The notes beneath the pieces were generated by a model, which did no database searches, was not told where the DNA came from, and was given only the letters and a program-made list of their open reading frames with translations. This document shows positions 27,913 to 37,345 of a DNA stretch of 52,584 bases, piece by piece; position 1 is the stretch's first letter, and each line of letters starts with the position of its first letter. This DNA is from a virus. Taxonomy: Duplodnaviria; Caudoviricetes. A program made the position numbers and the translations under genes. The stretch spans positions 1 to 52,584 of IMG/VR virus record IMGVR_UViG_3300006802_016771; one strand, 5' to 3'.

Positions 27913-30900
27913 TATCTTAATTTAAATCTACCAACATTGGCGGCTTGATCAATCATGGAATCACCAATACCCATGATTCCGTCATTTATTTTTTCGAGCA
28001 TCCTTAATCGTCTTTCCGCTAGAGCTTTCATTGGGTCACTCGAGGTCGCAAAACCTCCCGCTCCTATTCGACGTGCAGAATCAACCGTCATTTGAGTAGT
28101 ACCCATTTTGTTTAATAATGTTGCATCAGCTGCCTGCATGGCTGTTTTCTGTGCTTCATCTTTACCCATCCCAGCCTCTACTGCTTCCCTAAATACTTGC
28201 CTGAATCTTTCATTTCCTTCTATGGCCGCAAGCTCGTTTCTTGCCTTACTATCACCATCTCGTGCCTTAGCCCCAAGATCAGCAGTAACTAAATCCAAAG
28301 CTGCTCCTCGTTTGATTCCATCTTGTCTTGCCTGTCTTTCGGCATCCCTCTTTTCTCTAAATTTATCAAGTGCAGCTTCTGCATCATTTTCTGACAAACC
28401 CGCCGCTTTGGCACGCTCTAGAAACTGACGATCATCCCGAGCATCCTCCATTTCCATTGCGTCTTTGGTTTTGAACTCAAACCTTCCAAGATCATCATTC
28501 TGGAAAGCTGATTCTGCTTCTGCTCTTGTTATGCCTATCTCTAAAGACTCTTCAAGTTCTCTTTTAAATTTTTCTACTCTTTCCGCAAGTTTGCGTAAAG
28601 CGTCCTCTAGGGAAAGAATAGGATCATTTAATTTCATCAGCTCTGCATTTAGATTCGCTATCGCGTCATTTGAGATATTATATGTGTCTCTTGCCGATTT
28701 TAACTCATCATCTAGTTCTTTAACTTTTTGATTGTAGGCTATTAAATCTTCAGTGCTAAAATCTTCTGTGCTCGTTGCTTGTAGGGCATTTCTTGCCGTT
28801 TTAGCACGCTCCATTCTTTGCTCGGCATCATCCCTAGCATCTTTAGTTCTACCCAGTGACTCCAATATTGGTACTCTTTCGACATCCCTCACCTGCTCAG
28901 CTGCATTTAAATCAATTTGAAGGCTTTTTCTTTGAGCCTCAAATTCTTTATCTGGGTCAATTTTTCGTAGCGCCGCTCCCCTTTCTCTCTCAATTCGCAG
29001 GAGTTCAGTAGATCGCACTGTTGTTTCTCCACCTTCTCGGATTCTGTTTCTTATTCTACCAGTTTCTAGAAGATTAGAGTTTATGTCTTCTTTTGCGGTC
29101 TCAAGTGTTTTAATAGATTGATTGATCGTCTCTTTGTCCCTAGGGCTAAAATCATTACCTTCTACTAACTTACTTGATTTTAATGCAGTCAATAAACCAG
29201 CACTAGCACCTTTTTCTATTGCTAAGGCTGCCGCCTTTTCAAGACTTTCAGTTGTTATCTTGCCATCATCATCGCGCAAAGCTTTTATGACGTCGCCATC
29301 TATAGCTCTCCCACCTTTTAGATCCACGCTCAAATTTCGTATTGCGTCCTTAATTTGAGCCAGTATATCTTTTAGCCCATCAATATCACCCGCCTCAATA
29401 GCCTCAGCCGCTCGAGTCCTCAGATCATTAACTTCATCGAAAGCGCCGCTTATCTTTGTTGCTTGATCTGTGTTTAAATCTTTAGTTGGGAGATTATTAT
29501 CCCCTAGATTCTCCAGTGCTTGTCGAAGTTCTTCTATGCGGTTTTGTTGATCCGCCTTTGTTTCAGGTCTCGCAGACAGCCCAATTGTGTTCTCAATAAG
29601 ATCACTAAGCGATTGGCCAAATTCCGCGATTTCTTTTGCTGATTGCAAGGACTCAGTTTCGCTAGTTAATGCTACTCCTTTAGACTCATTAAGTTGAGCC
29701 TGTAGTATATTCTTTAGGGTCTCTATCTGCGTTGAGTTCAATTCCCCCAACTTTGCTATACCACTCTCCAACTCCTCGGTATCTAATCCAAATTCTCCTA
29801 AATCGAGCCCTACTCCACTACTGATGGCAGTTAATGCCTCTCCTTTTTTACTGCTTTCTTCAGCATCTAAACCAACCCTCGCCCTGCCTTCTATTTGTTG
29901 TTGTCTCTGATCTAATAATAAAATCTTTTCAGGCGCGGTTGCCTTTTCCATTTTAAATTCAAACTCTTGATCACTTAAATCTTTCGCTAATGCGACTTGT
30001 CTTTCAAGTTGAGCATTGTGGGCCTTTAATAGCTCTAAGCGCCTAGCATCAACTTGAATTACACTCATATATGTGTCCAGAAGTTGCTGGAGTGAGTTTC
30101 TAGCTTCCTCAAATTCTGCTTCCATGCCTATCTTCCCGCCCATGAGTGTATCGAACGCTGTGAGCTCGCCCATTTGCTTGGCAAATTCCTGGGTTTTTTG
30201 AGTAAGACTTTCTATTTCTGTGGTAATTTTAGAAAGGGAGGAGTCCCTATCATCCATATTTTTCATGGATTTAACCATTTCATCTATCTTATCCCTGGCT
30301 TGCTCATTTGCAGCCGCAAACTCTTTTAAGCGATTAGCTGCTTTTTCTACATTTTCCCTATATTTAGCAAAAGATGCAGCTGCAACAACTACCCAAGTTA
30401 CTGGACTTTTAGCTAATACTGCAAAAGCTGATGCAAAAGCTGCTCTCACCATACCTAAGACCATAGCGATTGCTTTGTATGCACCCACAAGACCAAATCC
30501 TACAAGGGTTTGCAACTTAACCGCAGCTGTGGTGCCAGCCATAGCCGCCGTCATTGCGCGCATTGTTGCTATTATACCCATCCCTGCAGTTTGTTGGCGA
30601 ATTTGGGCTAATGTGAGTGCCTGTGTGAGACCTGTGGTGATCCCTAGTAGCTTATTTAATCCAAACAATGACGCAATCATGCCCGCGAACTGGACACTAA
30701 GTACAGCCGTTGCAAGAGTTAGAAATACACTCGTAATATTCCCGAGAATGTTACCGAGACCTTTGAAGCTACCTAGTGCTTCCGTAGCCTTAAGGCCTAT
30801 ACTAGAAAGTGCTTTACTAACCATTGCCATGTATTCACCAACGGCACTAGCTACTGGCTCTAAAAGATTAAGAGTATTTATTAGTGCCTTAACTTGCATT

Positions 30901-31673
30901 TTCTCAGCCGCGGCAAAATCTTCCGCGAAACCTGCCGCGAATTTGGCTCTTACATCTGCCAATGTGCTTTCCAGTCCGCCTAAGGTTTGGGATAATTGCT
31001 CCATGCCACCCGAGCTGCCCTGTAATGCTTTTTCTAAAATAAACATAGTAGATGAGAAAGCCTCACCAGCGGCTGCACTTTCTTGTAGCTTCCTCCTCAC
31101 CTCCCCTGTGATTAAACCCATTTCCTGGAGTCTTGCAGTGGCTTCACCTATAGGTGCCCCACTCTTAAGGGCATCATATGTGCGACCAATCCAAAAAGCC
31201 ACAGTTTGCATACTCTGACCACTAACTGCTGCTGCATCTCCTACTAATCTTAAAGCCGCTTGTGATGAAAATGCTCCTTTTGTTAAAACCTCTAGGGTTC
31301 TTGATGCTTCAGCTATTTCCGCTAATTGAAAGGGAGTACTTGACGCGAATGTGAAGAGTTCCTCGAGTCTCTTTTTTGCTGCCTCTGCTCCACCTAGTAA
31401 TGGTTGAAATTGTGTCTGTATGAGCTCTAATTGGCGTATCTTTTCAACCCCTTTCGCAACTGCCTCGGTTCTACCTAAAAACAGCTTCATCGCGCCATTC
31501 ATCGCCATCAAGCCTCCAGTTATTAATGAAAGGGGACCAAGAATCTTAGTCGCAAGGATAGTGCCAAGTAAAGACCAAGTAGAAGCAGCCGCGCTCCCCG
31601 TCTCTGCGAAAACCATTGCAGGTTCAACAGCCATCCCCATGGCGTCTTTTAATTTATCCACTCCTGATGCCAT
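27912..31673 (-). CDS. tape measure protein
   Basis: 1253 aa, Ala/Leu-rich and helical; FASSTPFQLAEIAEASR tape-measure motif; central hydrophobic segments. Confidence 0.9.
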   Translation of the reverse strand: MASGVDKLKDAMGMAVEPAMVFAETGSAAASTWSLLGTILATKILGPLSLITGGLMAMNGAMKLFLGRTEAVAKGVEKIRQLELIQTQFQPLLGGAEAAKKRLEELFTFASSTPFQLAEIAEASRTLEVLTKGAFSSQAALRLVGDAAAVSGQSMQTVAFWIGRTYDALKSGAPIGEATARLQEMGLITGEVRRKLQESAAAGEAFSSTMFILEKALQGSSGGMEQLSQTLGGLESTLADVRAKFAAGFAEDFAAAEKMQVKALINTLNLLEPVASAVGEYMAMVSKALSSIGLKATEALGSFKGLGNILGNITSVFLTLATAVLSVQFAGMIASLFGLNKLLGITTGLTQALTLAQIRQQTAGMGIIATMRAMTAAMAGTTAAVKLQTLVGFGLVGAYKAIAMVLGMVRAAFASAFAVLAKSPVTWVVVAAASFAKYRENVEKAANRLKEFAAANEQARDKIDEMVKSMKNMDDRDSSLSKITTEIESLTQKTQEFAKQMGELTAFDTLMGGKIGMEAEFEEARNSLQQLLDTYMSVIQVDARRLELLKAHNAQLERQVALAKDLSDQEFEFKMEKATAPEKILLLDQRQQQIEGRARVGLDAEESSKKGEALTAISSGVGLDLGEFGLDTEELESGIAKLGELNSTQIETLKNILQAQLNESKGVALTSETESLQSAKEIAEFGQSLSDLIENTIGLSARPETKADQQNRIEELRQALENLGDNNLPTKDLNTDQATKISGAFDEVNDLRTRAAEAIEAGDIDGLKDILAQIKDAIRNLSVDLKGGRAIDGDVIKALRDDDGKITTESLEKAAALAIEKGASAGLLTALKSSKLVEGNDFSPRDKETINQSIKTLETAKEDINSNLLETGRIRNRIREGGETTVRSTELLRIERERGAALRKIDPDKEFEAQRKSLQIDLNAAEQVRDVERVPILESLGRTKDARDDAEQRMERAKTARNALQATSTEDFSTEDLIAYNQKVKELDDELKSARDTYNISNDAIANLNAELMKLNDPILSLEDALRKLAERVEKFKRELEESLEIGITRAEAESAFQNDDLGRFEFKTKDAMEMEDARDDRQFLERAKAAGLSENDAEAALDKFREKRDAERQARQDGIKRGAALDLVTADLGAKARDGDSKARNELAAIEGNERFRQVFREAVEAGMGKDEAQKTAMQAADATLLNKMGTTQMTVDSARRIGAGGFATSSDPMKALAERRLRMLEKINDGIMGIGDSMIDQAANVGRFKLR

Positions 31674-32344
31674 TATACAGTCTTTCGGTTCATAATATGT
31701 TTAGGCATGGCACCAGATTCTATATCTTTCATTATTCTTTCTTGTGCTTTTCTTAACTCTTCTGCTGCTTCACCGCTGTCTCTTTTTGCCCTAAGCATAG
31801 CAATGATCTGGTCTTCTTTATTGCTATCAAATAATACTTTAACGCCTTGCATTTTTGCGTGAACCGTTAATAGCCAAGAACTTTTACCTACACTCATATC
31901 CCATGCCTCACTTTCCTTATAACCAAGAGACATGAGTGTCATGATTTGAACTATTGGCTCAGGGGGATCATTTGTTGTATCTGAGCCAAATGAAGCTTTG
32001 CCCTCTTCCTCTTCTATTGTAAAAGTAGGAACTGCATTATGGTCATCAAGGTAATTTTTAATTTTGTCACTTAATTGCGTTAAGTCCTTCTCAAGTTTTC
32101 GCCACACATATAGCCTTATCGTATCCCTCCATGAAATAGGGGGAGTGTTTGGAAAAGTAGTAGTGCAAATTTTGCAAAACTTATATACATCACCAATGGC
32201 AAATGAAGAGCCCTCATTCATTAAAGGGGACTCCATTGTCATAAGGAGGAATCTATGCCAATTAGAAAATGGCCTTAAAGATAGGCCAAAAACTTTGTGC
32301 TTAGAACTTAGCCACGACTCGGCGAAATTTTCTTCATTTCCCAC
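31673..32344 (-). CDS. putative tail assembly chaperone
   Basis: Lies between the tail-tube genes and TMP; EAWDMSV motif. Confidence 0.6.
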   Translation of the reverse strand: MGNEENFAESWLSSKHKVFGLSLRPFSNWHRFLLMTMESPLMNEGSSFAIGDVYKFCKICTTTFPNTPPISWRDTIRLYVWRKLEKDLTQLSDKIKNYLDDHNAVPTFTIEEEEGKASFGSDTTNDPPEPIVQIMTLMSLGYKESEAWDMSVGKSSWLLTVHAKMQGVKVLFDSNKEDQIIAMLRAKRDSGEAAEELRKAQERIMKDIESGAMPKHIMNRKTV

Positions 32345-32358
32345 ATCGCGAAACTATT

Positions 32359-32709
32359 TTAGCAGCTTGAAGTTAATTTCTCCCAGAATCTAGCAGTTAC
32401 TTCCAGTTTTTGAAAGTCCTCACTAGATTTGATTAGTTTAACACGGTCTACCCACATAGTGCGACCATCCAAATCAAAGCTATCATTAATTTCTGGAGCC
32501 TTAATAGTCTTATTCATGTACCCAGACACACTTGCTGTGCCTGTTGATTTACCAGAAACTAATGCTACTGTTTCACCTGTATCATCCTTGGCTTGTGCTT
32601 GAAACTGTGGTTGAGACTCAAGATTGTAACTTGTTACAATCATTTCTCCCTTACCACCGAACTTTACAGTATCAGTTCCAAAAATATATCCACCGCAATT
32701 TTTAGCCAT
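32359..32709 (-). CDS. tail tube-like protein 2
   Basis: beta-rich; AQAKDDTGETVA..SVSGY..SEDFQKLEVTA; strong SD AGGAGG. Confidence 0.6.
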   Translation of the reverse strand: MAKNCGGYIFGTDTVKFGGKGEMIVTSYNLESQPQFQAQAKDDTGETVALVSGKSTGTASVSGYMNKTIKAPEINDSFDLDGRTMWVDRVKLIKSSEDFQKLEVTARFWEKLTSSC

Positions 32710-32724
32710 TTTATTTCCTCCTGT

Positions 32725-33198
32725 TTACTTGCAACTTGGGGCACAAACTTGACCACCACTTCTTAGCCTGAAGTAAGACTCTGCAGTCAAATCAAGTTGG
32801 GCAAATTCATTATTCTGACGAATTACTTTCCAGCTAGTTACATTACATTGCAATGTAGTTCCATTGAGGAGATGAGACTCTATCTCTAATGACCAAGTCT
32901 TATCATTCTTACAATCAAGATATGTATTTAAGGCTGCACCAGTTTCAGCATACCCCACGATGTTCATGGTTATCTTTACTGGCCCCCGACGAACAGCACC
33001 CACGTTTCCGTCACTATCTAGTGCGGTAGCCTCAAATTCAGGGGTGTGCTCTTCTGTGAAGCTCTGAACTGTTAATTTAGTTACATCAGGTGTATAGCTT
33101 CTACCATTTCCATCATCAAATGCCCAAAGATAAGCATCGCATCCGCGTACGGAAGAGCTCCCCTGTTTTACATCATCTCCTGTAATTGTTTTACTCAT
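32725..33198 (-). CDS. tail tube-like protein 1
   Basis: ATALDSDGNVGA..NIVGY..NNEFAQLDLTA, homologous to the next gene. Confidence 0.6.
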   Translation of the reverse strand: MSKTITGDDVKQGSSSVRGCDAYLWAFDDGNGRSYTPDVTKLTVQSFTEEHTPEFEATALDSDGNVGAVRRGPVKITMNIVGYAETGAALNTYLDCKNDKTWSLEIESHLLNGTTLQCNVTSWKVIRQNNEFAQLDLTAESYFRLRSGGQVCAPSCK

Positions 33199-33212
33199 AC
33201 TATTGACATTGT

Positions 33213-33219
33213 TGTCAAC
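33213..33219 (-). promoter_or_regulatory. GTTGACA element, 14 nt before the ATG at 33198
   Basis: GTTGACA-acaatgtcaatagt-ATG; its TGA is the upstream stop codon; a second TTGACA on the plus strand (33203-33208) makes an inverted repeat. Confidence 0.7.
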
Positions 33220-33976
33220 CGCAGTATTCTTGTGCGCCGACAGTTAGTGAAAATATATCAGTAAATGCCTGTTGGTCAGAGTGCGTACTAACTTCCTCAA
33301 GGTAGCACCCATTTAATATTATCCTTGGTCTTTTCTTAATATATCTATCTTTTGACTCTTCCTGTATGGAAGCAATTACAACATTATTTTCCACATCTGG
33401 CTCAAATTCATAATAGTTTCCAATTTTCAAAAACTGCGAATAGTCCTCTTTCCAAGATGGGTCTCCCCCTAAATTATTAACGGAGTACAAAGCTTGCCTT
33501 ATGCCTCTCGCGAAAGCAACTGGATCATCAGTATGTATTCGGAAGTTTGCCATAGTTTTTGATAATGTCCTAAGCTCATCATAGTAATCTAGAATAGATT
33601 TCTCACTCAATTCATAACCATATAGCTCGTCAAGCGGGAGCATACTAACTTCTGGATCATTTTTAGGAAAATCAACAATTGTATCTTGTATAATAGATAT
33701 ATTTGCCCCATGTTCTTGAGCATCAACCTCATCTATATGGGTTATGTACATAACTTTTACATTGCATAAGTATGCTTTGGGCATCTTTAGGCTACCACCT
33801 GATATTCCACCATTTAGCAACTTGGCGGTTTCACATACGACCGCGCCAAAAGGCGGCTCTAATTCAACGTCTCCCTTATTTGGATAAAACTCAATTCCTG
33901 TTTCTTGCTTCAAGAGGTAGCAGAAAATCATTTCTAGCTCACGCTTTGGATCATGATAATACTCTTTATATCTCAT
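33215..33976 (-). CDS. putative tail terminator/completion protein
   Basis: Position between the head-closure and tube genes; start probably MRYKE at 33976. Confidence 0.5.
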   Translation of the reverse strand: MRYKEYYHDPKRELEMIFCYLLKQETGIEFYPNKGDVELEPPFGAVVCETAKLLNGGISGGSLKMPKAYLCNVKVMYITHIDEVDAQEHGANISIIQDTIVDFPKNDPEVSMLPLDELYGYELSEKSILDYYDELRTLSKTMANFRIHTDDPVAFARGIRQALYSVNNLGGDPSWKEDYSQFLKIGNYYEFEPDVENNVVIASIQEESKDRYIKKRPRIILNGCYLEEVSTHSDQQAFTDIFSLTVGAQEYCG

Positions 33977-34296
33977 GGAATAATGCCCTTCATTGGCCCT
34001 GAGCAATTAAGTGTAAACATATCTGATCCATCACGCTCAATGCTTTCAACGCGTAATGTTGCGTGGAGTGTGTATATTTTTGTACCCTTTTTAATACCAG
34101 CTAATTTAAATACATCTTTTGTGACATATAAAATCGCATCAGCTAGTTGCATCTTCCCCCCAGGTATTCTTTTATTAGAAACCTCAATAGGGTCATATAT
34201 GGCTATGTACTCTTCTCCATTTACCTCTATAGGTTCACCCATTTGATCCATCGCTGGTTTTATGGATAGATTCATACCCTCACTAAAAGTGCTCAT
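33973..34296 (-). CDS. head-tail joining/closure protein (gpFII-like)
   Basis: MGEPIEVNGEEYIAI..LRVESIERDG; first gene after the MCP. Confidence 0.65.
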   Translation of the reverse strand: MSTFSEGMNLSIKPAMDQMGEPIEVNGEEYIAIYDPIEVSNKRIPGGKMQLADAILYVTKDVFKLAGIKKGTKIYTLHATLRVESIERDGSDMFTLNCSGPMKGIIP

Positions 34297-34309
34297 ACTA
34301 TATTTGCCT

Positions 34310-34316
34310 TGTCAAT
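34310..34316 (-). promoter_or_regulatory. ATTGACA element, 13 nt before the ATG at 34296
   Basis: ATTGACA-aggcaaatatagt-ATG, directly after the MCP terminator. Confidence 0.65.
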
Positions 34317-34325
34317 GTAACCAAT

Positions 34326-34354
34326 AAAAAAGCCCCCGAATACTCAGAGGCTTC
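34326..34354 (-). terminator. Rho-independent terminator after the major capsid gene
   Basis: Minus strand aaGCCTCTGAgtatTCGGGGGCtttttt: hairpin with G-U pairs followed by a U tract. Confidence 0.8.
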
Positions 34355-34383
34355 TTTACGATTGTTGTTACCCGCGGGTTACA

Positions 34384-35400
34384 TTATCCCCAAGTGATAC
34401 TATTATTACCACCTGCGAACTTGATACGAATGCCCGCGTTTTTGTTGATAACTTTTTCGGCAGTATGGTGACGAACACGAACCATGTCTCCACGGCGTGG
34501 TTCAGAGCGATAGGTTTCGGTCGTATAAAGGCCTGTGCCATCTTTAGACCAAACAAAAGTGCGACCAGCTCCACCAGAAGAAACTTCACCGCCGGTTACA
34601 TCCCCGATCCAAATTTGGTCATTATCCCAAAGAGGATTAAGGTCCGCAGTTCCATTTCTTTTGGAAGAATCAATGTGTGCAGCTGCGATATAAACATTCT
34701 TCAGCATGAAGTGTTTAGCAATATCTTGCTCATTAACCAGCTTGTAACCTACACCTTGACCCAAGGAGCCATAAAGGAAAGTATTAAGCTTAGTTGAGCG
34801 ACGGATGTGATCCCAGCAGTTTTGACCAAATACGATGGTATTAGGAGTTTCACCACGCTTGGTGAGCTCTTTAATAGCATCCATGATTACTAAAACATAA
34901 TCAGCATTAGCAAGAGCGGCTGCGTCGCCATAATTACCAGTAACACCATATTTGGTTTTATTTCCTGCTGTACTTGCGTCTAGATCATGAAAGTTACCAC
35001 TAGCTACAAGGGTATCATAGACACGTGACTCATAATCAAGCTTCATTGTGCGCATGATGAGCTTGGAGGTAAGTACTTCTACGTCAAAGAATTTAGCGTA
35101 GTCACGAACAACGACATCGTCGATGCGTTCTTCCATACCACGATCCAAGCACTCATAGGTGTCAGTTACAAACTTACGAGTGGTTTCATTGTAAGTACCA
35201 GTAGGTCCACGGAGTGTTGAGTCCTTTTTAAGGAGTTCACCTCCGTCGCCAATGTTGATCCTTGGATAAATACCAGCGCGGGAGTCTACGGGGAGAACAG
35301 GCATTAACTTATCTGCGAAGAGGAGTTTGTCAGCGTTGGCTGCTTCTTCCACAAAGGCAGTTAAGTCATGCCGAATAATTGCGTGTGAATTCTTGTACAT
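34384..35400 (-). CDS. major capsid protein (lambda gpE-like, HK97 fold)
   Basis: 338 aa after protease and cement genes; ADKLMPVLPV, PNTIVFGQNCW, ETYRSE..VRVRH; followed by a terminator. Confidence 0.85.
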   Translation of the reverse strand: MYKNSHAIIRHDLTAFVEEAANADKLLFADKLMPVLPVDSRAGIYPRINIGDGGELLKKDSTLRGPTGTYNETTRKFVTDTYECLDRGMEERIDDVVVRDYAKFFDVEVLTSKLIMRTMKLDYESRVYDTLVASGNFHDLDASTAGNKTKYGVTGNYGDAAALANADYVLVIMDAIKELTKRGETPNTIVFGQNCWDHIRRSTKLNTFLYGSLGQGVGYKLVNEQDIAKHFMLKNVYIAAAHIDSSKRNGTADLNPLWDNDQIWIGDVTGGEVSSGGAGRTFVWSKDGTGLYTTETYRSEPRRGDMVRVRHHTAEKVINKNAGIRIKFAGGNNSITWG

Positions 35401-35412
35401 GATAAATTAAGG

Positions 35413-35766
35413 TTATGCGACTACTACGCGAATAATATCTCCGTCAGCTGTAGCTTCTTCTAAGGCGTAGCCAATTGATAAAGCTCCACCAGCGGTTACT
35501 TTAGTAGCGGTGGCTCCATACCCTACGGCTGCTCCAATTGTGATGGCTCCACCAGCGGTTGCTAAAATGATTCCTCCTCCACTAAAAAGATGCACATCAA
35601 CAGGGCGTGCAGATTCTGTGGCATCAACATCATGGAGTACAACTCCAATTTGATTACTTGCTGCAGGTGTGTCTGCTTGACCAGATGAATTTACACCAAT
35701 TGCTTGACCAGCCACATACGTAGATGCTCCATCAGTGGGAAGGGCGATTACTCCATTGTGATTCAT
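35413..35766 (-). CDS. capsid cement/decoration protein (DUF2190-like)
   Basis: Gly/Ala-rich; AGGAITIGAAV..IGYALEEATADGDIIRV. Confidence 0.8.
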   Translation of the reverse strand: MNHNGVIALPTDGASTYVAGQAIGVNSSGQADTPAASNQIGVVLHDVDATESARPVDVHLFSGGGIILATAGGAITIGAAVGYGATATKVTAGGALSIGYALEEATADGDIIRVVVA

Positions 35767-35778
35767 AATAATTCTTCC

Positions 35779-36393
35779 TTAGTTTTCAAGAACGCCCTGG
35801 CGAATAAGCCAATCGCGATGCCCTTGTGGATTAGAGGATACGGCTGCGCGAATAGCATCAAGTGGGCTCTCATTATTATTTGAGCTTTGTTGTACGCTAA
35901 ACTCAAAAGAGCCTTCGCCCTCGTTGTTAAAGAAAAGATTTTCAATAGCGGAGGAAGGAAGAGGCTCAACTGCACTAAGCTCGATTTGCTCTTTTAGTTC
36001 CTCGTTCTCAAGCAAGAGCTCCTCGTTTCTTTTAGTGAGTTCTTCAAACTTCATCTCAAGATCACGGACGAGTTTTTCGTCTTGCAAATCTTGCTCAGCT
36101 TTAAGAGCTCCCTCGGCTTTAGCTTCTAAGTAGGTGAGAGCGTCATCAATGGAAGAATACTCAACTGGCTCAGCCACTTCAGCTTCTTCTTCATCGTAGC
36201 TATCTTCATAATCATAATCTTCTTCAGAATCTTCATAATCAGCTTCATCGGAGGCTTCATAATCATCGTCAGAAAATTGATCAGCGATAGCTTCCTCAAG
36301 ATCACCCCGAAAGCCTTCAAGACCTTCAAGACGCTCATTGATACTTTGGAGCAACTCCTCCACCTTGTTTTCAGATACTTCTGGATCGTTCAT
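35779..36393 (-). CDS. nested in-frame scaffolding protein (204 aa, MNDPEV...)
   Basis: Internal ATG right after the protease domain, with its own GTTGACA 14 nt upstream; analogous to lambda Nu3 within gene C. Confidence 0.7.
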   Translation of the reverse strand: MNDPEVSENKVEELLQSINERLEGLEGFRGDLEEAIADQFSDDDYEASDEADYEDSEEDYDYEDSYDEEEAEVAEPVEYSSIDDALTYLEAKAEGALKAEQDLQDEKLVRDLEMKFEELTKRNEELLLENEELKEQIELSAVEPLPSSAIENLFFNNEGEGSFEFSVQQSSNNNESPLDAIRAAVSSNPQGHRDWLIRQGVLEN

Positions 36394-36888
36394 ATTATGA
36401 TTGTTGTTGTCAACTTTTGTTTCAAACATTCCATCGGGATTAGCCGCTGGGTCAGCGACCAAATCAACAGAAATTATGCGCTTACAGCGCGCGTAAATTT
36501 TTCCACCCTCACCTGCTTCTTTGTCTCCCTGGAATGCAACAGAGAGTCCAATTTGACCAGGCATGGTAGATATTTGCTCCATAGTTTGATTGTAGTCCCT
36601 ATGATGCTTAAGAAGATTTAAATCACCCTTTAGCTTATTACCTTGTATGGAGAAGTTATTAATATAACCAAAAACAGCTTCCACACCAGAGCGGTGATTA
36701 AGTTTAGCCTTAATACCAGGATTAGGAGTTCCATCTAAAGATTCTTTCAATTGCTCCAATGTTTTTTGGTCAACGATCAACCCATGACCTCTAGCATCAC
36801 CCATAGTGATAAGTGATACTCCTCGGATTACACCTGACTCTTCATCAATCCTGCCATCTATGGCTTCAAATAAACTTAGGTCTTCCAT
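35779..36888 (-). CDS. prohead protease fused to scaffold
   Basis: GVSLITMGDARGH, LNH, IGLSVAF, SVDLVADPAANPDGMF protease core, then an acidic coiled coil. Confidence 0.8.
   Translation of the reverse strand: MEDLSLFEAIDGRIDEESGVIRGVSLITMGDARGHGLIVDQKTLEQLKESLDGTPNPGIKAKLNHRSGVEAVFGYINNFSIQGNKLKGDLNLLKHHRDYNQTMEQISTMPGQIGLSVAFQGDKEAGEGGKIYARCKRIISVDLVADPAANPDGMFETKVDNNNHNMNDPEVSENKVEELLQSINERLEGLEGFRGDLEEAIADQFSDDDYEASDEADYEDSEEDYDYEDSYDEEEAEVAEPVEYSSIDDALTYLEAKAEGALKAEQDLQDEKLVRDLEMKFEELTKRNEELLLENEELKEQIELSAVEPLPSSAIENLFFNNEGEGSFEFSVQQSSNNNESPLDAIRAAVSSNPQGHRDWLIRQGVLEN
36408..36414 (-). promoter_or_regulatory. GTTGACA element inside the protease gene, 14 nt before the scaffold ATG
   Basis: GTTGACA-acaacaatcataat-ATG. 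Confidence 0.7.
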
Positions 36889-36902
36889 TGATTAGTTTCC
36901 CT

Positions 36903-36909
36903 TGTCAAC
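36903..36909 (-). promoter_or_regulatory. GTTGACA element, 14 nt before the protease ATG
   Basis: GTTGACA-agggaaactaatca-ATG. Confidence 0.7.
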
Positions 36910-36910
36910 C

Positions 36911-37345
36911 CTACTTAAACTTAGGGAGCTTATATAGTATAGACCTCGGGAGTTTCGCCCTATTGAAACCAGGAATACCTCGTGTTAGTATGGCGCTTAA
37001 CGCACTTGGTTTGAAGTTACCCTTTTTTAATTTACCCCTAACTGCGCGTAAATCTTTTCCTTTGGTAGTCTTGCCTGGGAAAACACCATGCTTCTTAGCC
37101 TGCTTGGTTTCCCATTTATCCATCTTGCGCTTCCTCCGAGAAGCTGCGGTAATTTTAACACCAGTATTTGGATCAATATGATCACCCTGGATTTTCTTAT
37201 GTAAATTAGTTCGCTTCCTTCTACGAGCCGCCATGTAGTCCCTGGCGATCTCATTGTCACGAGCTGCCTTATAATATCCCGCAGTTAATACGGCACCCCC
37301 TGCGCCTCCTGCTATGGTTGATAATCTATCCTTATCTTCTGCCAT
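36911..37345 (-). CDS. basic Gly-zipper protein
   Basis: IAGGAGGAVLTAGYY followed by K/R-rich sequence. Confidence 0.7.
   Translation of the reverse strand: MAEDKDRLSTIAGGAGGAVLTAGYYKAARDNEIARDYMAARRRKRTNLHKKIQGDHIDPNTGVKITAASRRKRKMDKWETKQAKKHGVFPGKTTKGKDLRAVRGKLKKGNFKPSALSAILTRGIPGFNRAKLPRSILYKLPKFK

Noticed and set aside
30220-31218. 332-aa plus-strand ORF and other antisense ORFs over the TMP, terL, primase and basic genes
   Set aside because: Antisense to well-supported genes, with no motifs and no SD; expected from the codon bias of the real strand
32340-32365. Lambda G/GT-type programmed frameshift upstream of the TMP
   Set aside because: An in-frame TAG (32354-32356) lies just upstream of the chaperone GTG, so it cannot be entered from the preceding gene; no slippery heptamer was seen
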